From positions 250,862 to 314,861 of the forward strand of contig CAZHTP010000001.1 of NCBI GenBank assembly GCA_964535655.1: DNA of 64,000 nt, given 5' to 3'. The DNA comes from an uncultured Gammaproteobacteria bacterium. GTDB taxonomy: Bacteria; Patescibacteriota; Microgenomatia; JALYQM01. Each line of letters opens with the position of its first letter. Within the stretch, counting starts at the first letter, position 1. A program made the translations under genes and the position numbers. This document shows positions 42,655 to 50,518 of the stretch, in pieces. The notes beneath the pieces were generated by a model. The model worked only from the letters and a program-made list of their open reading frames with translations. It searched no databases and was not told where the DNA came from.

Positions 42655-43576
42655 CCTTCGTAATTTCGTCTAATAATTGTTTTTCGTAAATATCATAATT
42701 GCTTGTTTCAGGAACTTCCTTCAGCTTATCTACTTCTAATTGATGAGAAAGTTTGCAGTAACTTTGACGAGGAATAGCGATATTTATTTTCGTATATGGG
42801 AAAATTATTGATTTCATTCCAATCATCACCCCTGGCATTAATGCAACATATGCACCAATTTGACAACCATATTCTATAAACGCTCCCATTTTTAGTTCTT
42901 TTGAACTATGGGTTATCTCTATAGCCTTTAAAGTAATGTTAATCCCGTCTAGTCGGACAACAGTAGTGCATGAAATATACCCAAAGTGACAATCATCACC
43001 TACGATCGAATGACCAATAAAATTAGTATGCAATGTGCTTTTTCTACCTAAGTAACTTTTATTAACCTCAGTGTTATAGCCTACTACTGCTCCTTCATCT
43101 ATGTAGGAATCTCTTACTAGAGCGTTATGTCCGACAATACAATTATCGCCTATATATGAATTACCTGTAATATATGCGCCAGGCATTATTTTTGCGGTAG
43201 GAGAGATATAGGGTTTATTAATCTTAAGTAACTCTACATAAATGTTTTGAGGATTAAAATAGCTATCCTTAAGGGAAACTACTTCAATGCTCGCATTTTC
43301 AAAAAATAAAATCTTATCATCGTACTCACTGACAAGGCATATTTGTTTTTTGATAGCATTTAATAGTAGTTCACTACTTGAAGAGAATATTCTAGCGTCT
43401 ATGAATATACTTTCCTCACTACTGGGAGGTAGACCATTTACCATTTCAATAGTTTTACTACACAGAATATCTTTAGACGCTATTTTTCTTGCGATTGCCG
43501 CAATATTTTTCAGAAAGAATCGATTATCTGCCTGGAAAGCAAATGCGCTTTCATCAAGTGTGAATTGAATTTTCAT
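42632..43576 (-). CDS. Hexapeptide-repeat (left-handed beta-helix) acyltransferase, like the GlmU C-domain
   Basis: GAYITGNSYIGDNCIVGHNALVR, NFIGHSIVGDDCHFG, KMGAFIE...MPGVMIG. Confidence 0.75.
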   Translation of the reverse strand: MKIQFTLDESAFAFQADNRFFLKNIAAIARKIASKDILCSKTIEMVNGLPPSSEESIFIDARIFSSSSELLLNAIKKQICLVSEYDDKILFFENASIEVVSLKDSYFNPQNIYVELLKINKPYISPTAKIMPGAYITGNSYIGDNCIVGHNALVRDSYIDEGAVVGYNTEVNKSYLGRKSTLHTNFIGHSIVGDDCHFGYISCTTVVRLDGINITLKAIEITHSSKELKMGAFIEYGCQIGAYVALMPGVMIGMKSIIFPYTKINIAIPRQSYCKLSHQLEVDKLKEVPETSNYDIYEKQLLDEITKVDQSENK

Positions 43577-43593
43577 AGTATCGGCAGTTTATT

Positions 43594-44880
43594 TTAAATT
43601 TCTTTTATCGTAGCCCCAAGATTCCTTAGATTATCTGCAAAATTAGCGTGGCCTCGATATAATGGTCCAACATTCAAGATTTTCGATGTTCCCTCAGCCA
43701 TAAGGGCGGTCATAATATAGGCGACTACTGCACGAATAATATATGGAGACTCGATTGTTGTCCCTTTTAGTTTATTCCCACCAGTAACAATTACTCGGTG
43801 AGGATCACACATTATTATGTTGCTTCCGAATTTTAGTAATTCGCTTGTCCAAAAAAGCCCTGCTTCGTACATCCAATTATGATAGAGAACACTTCCATTT
43901 GGTGACTTCAAAGCGAGTGGGACAAATAACGGCAACATATCTACAGGTAAGTATGGCCAAGGTTGAGCTCGCACAATTGTTGTATGTCCGTGTTTGCCAT
44001 TATTAAGCTTAACGTCCTGATTTTTTCTTACGATCGCAGTGTCGCCTTCGTATTCTATTTTAACGTTAAATTTACCAAACTCATGATTTATTAAGTTAAA
44101 ATATTCTGGCATTGCATCGTTAACTCGTATTTCACCGCCTGTACACGCTCCTAAGGCTAAGAATGTCGCAATCTCATGATGATCACTTAACATTCGATGT
44201 TGAACCGACCCAAGGCTGTCTGTCCCCTCAATTTCCAATACACTTGAACCGATCCCGTTCATTTTAACGCCTGCTTTGCTTAGTAAGAAACATACATCTT
44301 GTACGCTAGGCTCTGAAGCAGCACCTACTATTTTTGTTGTCCCTTTCAGAGTAACGGCTAACATAATAGCGTTTGCTGTGGCCGTTGGGCTCATTTCAGT
44401 TAAATACACAACCGATGCCTTAGCACCGCTGGCATCCATACTAATACCATCACCTTGTTCAATCAGCTCAACATGTAGGTTCTTAAAAGCGTTGTAATGA
44501 GCATCAACTGGTCTTGCTCCTAAGGTACATCCACCTGGGAGTTGTTCAAAATTAACCTTTTTAAATCTTCCAAGCATTCCTCCCCATAGAAGAGAACTAC
44601 CTTTCATATTACCCAAGTCTTCTTTAGTGAGGTTTTCAAAACTTAAATTTGAGTTGTCTATTATAAGGGTGCTTTTTTCTCGTTGCCAATCAACTTTTGA
44701 ACCTAATTTAATTAGGATTTTAACTATTCGTTCGATATCTGCTATATTGGGGACTTTTTCGAGTGTAACTGGTCTATCAAATAATATACTTGCGGCAAGT
44801 AGCGCAACTGCTGAGTTTTTACTACCTGCTGGAGTGATTTCGCCAAATAAGGCCTGGCCGCCTTGTACTTCAACTTCCAT
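43594..44880 (-). CDS. murA: UDP-GlcNAc 1-carboxyvinyltransferase
   Basis: GSKNSA, PGGCTLGARPVDAH (active-site Cys present), AASEPSV, PWPYLPVD, YRGH. Confidence 0.88.
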   Translation of the reverse strand: MEVEVQGGQALFGEITPAGSKNSAVALLAASILFDRPVTLEKVPNIADIERIVKILIKLGSKVDWQREKSTLIIDNSNLSFENLTKEDLGNMKGSSLLWGGMLGRFKKVNFEQLPGGCTLGARPVDAHYNAFKNLHVELIEQGDGISMDASGAKASVVYLTEMSPTATANAIMLAVTLKGTTKIVGAASEPSVQDVCFLLSKAGVKMNGIGSSVLEIEGTDSLGSVQHRMLSDHHEIATFLALGACTGGEIRVNDAMPEYFNLINHEFGKFNVKIEYEGDTAIVRKNQDVKLNNGKHGHTTIVRAQPWPYLPVDMLPLFVPLALKSPNGSVLYHNWMYEAGLFWTSELLKFGSNIIMCDPHRVIVTGGNKLKGTTIESPYIIRAVVAYIMTALMAEGTSKILNVGPLYRGHANFADNLRNLGATIKEI

Positions 44881-45060
44881 ATTGGTAAATTATACCAGAT
44901 CGATAGATGGGCATGGCAACAATGGCAGCATAAGATTGTGCTTTAGTAGTCGTTTTTGTTCTACTGCATGTATTTGTATGATTCTACCCTGAGATCTCTT
45001 TCGATAATTAGTCGGCTTTTACGAGGTCGTGGGGCGATAAAGTTAAATTGAAAGCGTAAT

Positions 45061-45094
45061 TGTGGGGTATCTCTATGGATATGCCGATTTCCAT
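45061..45094 (-). repeat. att junction at the original ychF start
   Basis: Minus strand TGaTACAAT-7 nt-ATGGAAATCGGCAT-ATCCATAGAGATACCCC. Confidence 0.85.
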
Positions 45095-45107
45095 GAAATG
45101 GATTGTA

Positions 45108-45263
45108 TCAAGGATTATGAATATTATTAAGGAGCAAAAGTTGGTGAGTTCCTGAAGTGTAGTTTGTTTCTGAATAGGCTAATCGAGGTAATACTAATAA
45201 GAAAAATAATAGTGTTAAAGCGAAGAGAATAATATCTTTACTGATAACGCGTAGGGTGTGCAT
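45108..45263 (-). CDS. Small hydrophobic or secreted peptide (51 aa), not in the ORF track
   Basis: MHTLRVISKDIILFALTLLFFLLVLPRLAYSETNYTSGTHQLLLLNNIHNP; GGAGGA SD 5 nt upstream. Confidence 0.55.
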   Translation of the reverse strand: MHTLRVISKDIILFALTLLFFLLVLPRLAYSETNYTSGTHQLLLLNNIHNP

Positions 45264-45433
45264 AACGTTCCTCCATCTTTTTTATGATAGATGGAGGATA
45301 TGCTTTATTCAGTAAGGTATATCACAAAAAAAGAGTCTTCACTATTTTGAAAGCTTTACTCCAGCTAAAGATTTTCTTTGTAAAAGTTAATAAATGGTCC
45401 GTGATTATTAAAAAGCGCTTGACGGTTTGACGC

Positions 45434-45671
45434 AGGATTGGTGCTAAATTCGTCCTACTTGGTCCAGGGGTGTGATTTATTGCCGGAATTTTACTACTAT
45501 TATCTGCGTTTTCTTTAACGAATTTGAAAAAATCGAAAACAAGTTACCGTTTAGAACTTTATGGTATCAAATTGGGCCACACCGGGCATATTTTGAATTG
45601 GGTACCCCCTGCTTGAGAGTGGCTTTAGATTCATTAGAATAGCATTTTGTCTGAGTTCAACGCACTATCCT
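45434..45671 (+). ncRNA. Putative structured RNA, possibly 6S (ssrS)
   Basis: Nested long-range pairings around an internal bubble; G-U pairs favour the + strand; GGGTACCCCCTG resembles the GGGCACCCACCTG segment of Firmicute 6S RNAs. Confidence 0.5.
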
Positions 45672-45678
45672 ATAGCAA

Positions 45679-45707
45679 TTGACATTCCTTTCTCTATCTG
45701 TTATACT
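45679..45707 (+). promoter_or_regulatory. Near-consensus sigma70 promoter of the DEAD-box helicase
   Basis: TTGACA-17-TATACT with an extended TG; implies a ~120-nt 5' UTR. Confidence 0.75.
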
Positions 45708-45836
45708 TCTTTAAATTGATTCTAAATTGCCTTAAAAAGTGTATTTAGGTAACTGATTTTCGAGTATTTTCTCCAAAAGTATTTCCTCCAGAATTGGTTT
45801 CAATTTGTTTTATTAACCAATTTAGTGAGGATTTTT

Positions 45837-47015
45837 ATGTCTTTCCGTAGATTTAACGGTCAGTCGCGACCACAACGCGGCAATTTTAATCAAAGTCGTC
45901 GAGTACGAGGGGTATTTTCTGACGTAAATAAGTTTATTAACAAAGCTACTGAGTTTTCAGTGGAAGAAGAATACATAGCGAAGCATCAATTTATTGATTT
46001 CAATTTTGTTTCAGAGATAAAGGATAGCGTTGTCTCGCGTGGGTATGAAAACCCTACTCCGATTCAAGATCAGACAATCGCCTATGCTCTTGAAGGGCGT
46101 GATGTGCTTGGTATTGCTAATACTGGTACAGGGAAAACAGCAGCATTTTTATTACCGCTTATAAATAAAGTGTTTTCCAACCGTTCAGAAATGGTTTTAA
46201 TTATTGCACCGACCCGAGAGCTTGCTGTTCAAATTGAAGACGAGTTTAAGTCATTTACTCGGGGGATGGGTATGTATTCTGTACTTTGTATAGGTGGATC
46301 AAGTATGAACGTGCAGATGCAGAATTTGCGACGACGTTATAATTTTGTAATTGGAACACCTGGTCGTTTAAAGGATTTAATTAGTCAACGATGTATTAAT
46401 TTATCTCGTTTTAACAGTGTAGTGCTTGATGAAGTAGATCAAATGTTTGATATGGGTTTTGTGAAAGATGTACAAACTCTTCTTTCTATGTTGCCTAGAG
46501 ATCGACAATCACTATTTTTCTCGGCAACTCTTTCTCGCGAAATAGATAGTCTGGTGCGTGCTGAGATGAATAACCCAATTATTGTCTTGCTGAAAAAGCG
46601 TGATACCGCGGCTACTGTTGACCAGGATGTTGTTCGGGTCACTCCGGGATCGAGCAAAATAGATATTTTACATGATCTCTTGGTCCAGGAAGATTTTACA
46701 AAAGTATTAATTTTTGGTCGTACAAAACGTGGCGTGAATAAATTGTCTGATATTTTGCACGAGCGAGGATTCCGTGTGGACTCAATCCACGGCGACAAAA
46801 CACAGAATGCCCGACAACAAGCGCTTAATAAGTTTAAAAAAGACCATATTATGATTCTGGTTGCGACAGATGTTGCAGCACGCGGAATTGATATTCCTAA
46901 TGTGTCACATGTGATCAATTACGAATTACCAGAAACATATGAGGACTATATACATCGCATCGGACGTACTGGTCGTGCCAATAAGACAGGAAAAGCGCTT
47001 ACTTTTGTGGAGTAA
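45837..47015 (+). CDS. DEAD-box RNA helicase (core only)
   Basis: PTPIQ, ANTGTGKT, PTRELA, TPGR, DEVD, SAT, ARGID, HRIGRTGR. Confidence 0.95.
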   Translation: MSFRRFNGQSRPQRGNFNQSRRVRGVFSDVNKFINKATEFSVEEEYIAKHQFIDFNFVSEIKDSVVSRGYENPTPIQDQTIAYALEGRDVLGIANTGTGKTAAFLLPLINKVFSNRSEMVLIIAPTRELAVQIEDEFKSFTRGMGMYSVLCIGGSSMNVQMQNLRRRYNFVIGTPGRLKDLISQRCINLSRFNSVVLDEVDQMFDMGFVKDVQTLLSMLPRDRQSLFFSATLSREIDSLVRAEMNNPIIVLLKKRDTAATVDQDVVRVTPGSSKIDILHDLLVQEDFTKVLIFGRTKRGVNKLSDILHERGFRVDSIHGDKTQNARQQALNKFKKDHIMILVATDVAARGIDIPNVSHVINYELPETYEDYIHRIGRTGRANKTGKALTFVE

Positions 47016-50000
47016 TAGGATTTCTGCGCATTCTCAATGCGCGGATTCCATAAATGAATCCTGCAAAGCCGATAAGCACTACATTTAGTAACAGGAAGAG
47101 ATTTAGAATTCCTCTATTCATGCTATCGGCGTCGGAAAATCCATACATTGCATTTTGTGGAAAAGTGATATTTATTGGAGGTGCAGGTGAAGTTTCTGTA
47201 TAACGGTCGTACTTTTGTGAGTCGTAATATAGATTTAGTTCCTGTTGACCATTAACTAACGCGATCAACGATGATAGATGGGTTACGCTTTGTGTCTTCT
47301 GATATAGCATATCAGCAAAGCCGGGGTTTTGATCAATGAATCCTTTGTATGTAGAAATTGCTTTTTGAATTTCATAACTGGTAAGTAACTCCTGTAGATT
47401 CTGATCCTCACTCGCATTAGTAGTTGATGTAACACTTCTGACTAAGTTCCAATAGGGTGTTTTAAGAAGAGTCTCATCCCCTAATTCAAGATCATTTCTA
47501 ATAGCAAAAATGAGAGCTTCTTCAACATTTCCTTCAATTTTGGTATTTGTTTCTAAAATAGTATATGTGGTTTGTTGTGTGAATGCAGGAATCTTATTAT
47601 TTTCGTAAACTACTATGATTTTGGCTCCATTCTCGGAGAAATTTACCAGATTGGTTGGTATAATGAATTCATTATCGGTTAATAGTAATACTGCTGAATA
47701 ATTCTCATTTATTTGTGGTGGTAAAGTATCTACTTCTCGCTCTCCGAAATATACTGGATCTGCTATCTTTATGTTTGGCCGAAGCGTTTGTTTTGAACTT
47801 ATTAAATCATTAAAGTAATATAAATCCACGGTGTTTTTATTAAAGAAATCGGGGTTATGTGTTAAAAGATTTTGTATTTCCTGCCACTGTTTTGTATTCT
47901 TGCGATGAGCTGAAACATCGTAGATAAGAGCCAATCGTAGTCCAGAACTTACTAACGGACTACAGGCTGCCTGAGTATATAGAATCCTTGCATCAGTACC
48001 TGAGTTTTTTATTTCTATATCTTCAATTGGGTTATTACACAGTTTTTCTGCAGCATTTGCTGTCGGTATGGTATTGGCTTTTGAATTTATGGAAACTGTT
48101 GTACCGTTAAGTTTAACGGCCGTTGCTATTTTTCTTTTTTCTTCTATATTTTGCTTTTTTGTATATGATGGCAAGGCATAACCTTCTTTTCCAAGCGGAA
48201 CTAAATATCCGAATTGGACTTTTTGCGTATTTTGAACATTTGAAGTATACATCTTAGCGGGTATGGGATATATTCGTAATCGATATTGGCGTGGTCCTGT
48301 TTGTTCGAGTAGTGCAGGATCTCGCATTTTATTTACTTCCCTTTGATATGTTTTTGCGGCAGCTCCTTTTGGTGCTACTCTTCCCTTATATTCCAAATTA
48401 TTGCCTAACTTTAGATCAGTTATTACTGATCCGCTCGGCAAGGAAAATTCGTAGATAACTTCCTGATCAGAATACGCTGTGTTGCTAAATGTTTGCTCAA
48501 TCGAGATGTGGGCAAACAGTCCATTGTTTTGTGAAGTAGCCGAAATTCTTTGATTTTCTAATTTTACCTGGGCTTCTGAAATCGATTCGGTCTTTGAAGT
48601 ATTTTGTCCGAATACATAGCGGTAACTGTTGTCAATTGAATTATCATAGATAAATTTGGGTCCACTATAGGTAAATGGATAGGCAACAAGATCGAAGGTA
48701 TCCTGTACGATTGAAAAAGAATTCAAATTAAATCCGAATAATTCTGCATAGGCTTTTTCAAGAAATTTATCTTCTTTAATAAATACGTATCTTTCGTGAG
48801 CATTTTGCCCATCCTGAATTCTTCGACGTAGGTTTTCTTTTTCAGGAATTAACTGAGCTGCGATTTGCGCCCTCTCTTCAAAAGTGGAAATACTTTTTAT
48901 TTTAACAAGCTGATTAATTAAAGGGAGTATATCTCCTTGGTATGATGAAAAAAGCAGAAAGGTAAAAAAACTTATCACTGTTGCGCTAGTTATTAATTGA
49001 GGTACCAGTTTTTGGAATCCTAGCTCAAGCTCTATCCATGATTTTTTTACTGATTTCCATACTATGTATGTTAGGACGTATGGTAAGGTCAATAAAATGG
49101 CGATTGATACTACTATTAACGATCCAAATACCAGTACCATGATAATCGAAAATATATTGTAGTATGGTGAATACAATCCTCCGCTCCCTGTTTCGGAGAT
49201 TATTTTCCATAACAACTTAATAAAGCCTCCTGTAATGAGCGGTAGGAAGAACGCAAGGATTAAGCCAATATACACTGTCGTTGCTACTATTAGTACTTTT
49301 ATACAATGAGAGACTACCAGGATCATTTTGTTTTTTGAGCTGAAGTGGATTGCTTCGAACAGCCAATAAAACGGAACCATCATCAATACCAGTAAAGTTA
49401 TCCAGATTGAGGGGGCGGCGTTTGTAAGTATGTTAAAGCTGAATAAGCTGATTGCTATAATTGGAATCTCAAATAGAAAGAAAATTTGGCTTACTTGGCC
49501 GGTATTTTTATATAGTTTTCTTCGCAACGTAATTCCTACCGTAAGATATGGTACGAGAAGTACTAGTCCAATGATAGCTACCTTTATCGCTCCTATGGTC
49601 TTAATTGTATTAAATAAATAACTTTCGTTAAGTAAAAAGATTACAAACAGAATAGTGAAAAGAATATAAATAAAATTATAGAACCAAAATAAAATATGAA
49701 TTATTCCACCAAATCCCCTGTTGGATTTGGATTTTCCCATGGTGTGATCATTTTTTTCAAGTAAGTTTAGCAAGGCTCTACGTGCTGCGTGTTGCGCGGG
49801 TTCAGAAAATTCGGGTGGTGTGCAATCTTTCCCGTCTATATATATTCGAATACTGCTGGAAAGATATTCAATTTCAACTGAGATGGACTCTTTTTTGCTG
49901 TGAGTCCAAAGTTGATATGCTTCACGAATCGCGGAAGTGACCTCCTGACGAATTTCATCAGGTGAAACTCCCCTACGAATAATAAGCGACACTAATTCGG

Positions 50001-50016
50001 AGATTTCAGATGCCAT
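46999..50016 (-). CDS. Large membrane protein: NusA-NTD-like N-terminus, ~7 TM, VIT domain (TIGR02921-like), C-terminal TM
   Basis: QEVIYEFSLPSGSVITDLKLG...VAPKGAAAKTYQREV..RDPALLEQTGPRQYRLRIYPIP (VIT), HLSSLIALVN; N-terminus DGKDCTPPEF. Confidence 0.75.
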   Translation of the reverse strand: MASEISELVSLIIRRGVSPDEIRQEVTSAIREAYQLWTHSKKESISVEIEYLSSSIRIYIDGKDCTPPEFSEPAQHAARRALLNLLEKNDHTMGKSKSNRGFGGIIHILFWFYNFIYILFTILFVIFLLNESYLFNTIKTIGAIKVAIIGLVLLVPYLTVGITLRRKLYKNTGQVSQIFFLFEIPIIAISLFSFNILTNAAPSIWITLLVLMMVPFYWLFEAIHFSSKNKMILVVSHCIKVLIVATTVYIGLILAFFLPLITGGFIKLLWKIISETGSGGLYSPYYNIFSIIMVLVFGSLIVVSIAILLTLPYVLTYIVWKSVKKSWIELELGFQKLVPQLITSATVISFFTFLLFSSYQGDILPLINQLVKIKSISTFEERAQIAAQLIPEKENLRRRIQDGQNAHERYVFIKEDKFLEKAYAELFGFNLNSFSIVQDTFDLVAYPFTYSGPKFIYDNSIDNSYRYVFGQNTSKTESISEAQVKLENQRISATSQNNGLFAHISIEQTFSNTAYSDQEVIYEFSLPSGSVITDLKLGNNLEYKGRVAPKGAAAKTYQREVNKMRDPALLEQTGPRQYRLRIYPIPAKMYTSNVQNTQKVQFGYLVPLGKEGYALPSYTKKQNIEEKRKIATAVKLNGTTVSINSKANTIPTANAAEKLCNNPIEDIEIKNSGTDARILYTQAACSPLVSSGLRLALIYDVSAHRKNTKQWQEIQNLLTHNPDFFNKNTVDLYYFNDLISSKQTLRPNIKIADPVYFGEREVDTLPPQINENYSAVLLLTDNEFIIPTNLVNFSENGAKIIVVYENNKIPAFTQQTTYTILETNTKIEGNVEEALIFAIRNDLELGDETLLKTPYWNLVRSVTSTTNASEDQNLQELLTSYEIQKAISTYKGFIDQNPGFADMLYQKTQSVTHLSSLIALVNGQQELNLYYDSQKYDRYTETSPAPPINITFPQNAMYGFSDADSMNRGILNLFLLLNVVLIGFAGFIYGIRALRMRRNPITPQK

Positions 50017-50096
50017 TGCCTTAATAATGACGGTATCTTATCTTGTTTGCAATAGTTTGTATACTTACTGATATTGTCGCATTAATAAGCCAGGCT

Positions 50097-50504
50097 TTAA
50101 AGTGTGAGGCCTTCTTTTTTGAGATAGGAGATAAACGGATCGGGTACATCCATAGTGGACAATCTTCCCTGCCTTACGAGTCGAAAATCTTTAAATTTTT
50201 CAGTTGCTTTGATCTGTTGTAGTGTAATGTATGGCTCTTTAAATTTTTTTATAAATTTGAAATCCACTAGCCAGCTTTTCTCATCTTTAGGATCTGGTCG
50301 AGAGTTTCCTATCACTTCGGCTAGTCCGACAATGGAAGCTTGTCCTTGAGAATGATAAATAATAACCCGATCTCCTTTTTCCATTTGTTTGAGAAAAATA
50401 ACCGCTTGGGGGGCACGAACCCCATCCCAGGTGGTTTGTTTATCTTTTTCGAGGTCATCTATCGAATATGTTTCAGGGTCTGTTTTGGCAAGAAAATAGT
50501 TCAT
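50097..50504 (-). CDS. EVE domain protein
   Basis: YFLAKTDPETYSIDDL, WDGVR, MEKGD...YHS, LVRQGRLS. Confidence 0.9.
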   Translation of the reverse strand: MNYFLAKTDPETYSIDDLEKDKQTTWDGVRAPQAVIFLKQMEKGDRVIIYHSQGQASIVGLAEVIGNSRPDPKDEKSWLVDFKFIKKFKEPYITLQQIKATEKFKDFRLVRQGRLSTMDVPDPFISYLKKEGLTL

Positions 50505-50518
50505 GTAGGGATAGTATA

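Larger units (their letters stand above)
37553..45094 (-). mobile_element. Integrative element (~7.5 kb) inserted at the 5' end of ychF; serine-integrase type, decayed
   Basis: ATGCCGATTTCCAT occurs at 37553-37566 and 45081-45094 and equals the first 14 nt of ychF. An integrase remnant abuts one end, and the reconstructed attP is palindromic. Confidence 0.88.

Noticed and set aside
43594-44880. Mobile murA as a fosfomycin-resistance allele
   Set aside because: The active-site Cys is retained (PGGCTLG); resistant enzymes have Asp here.
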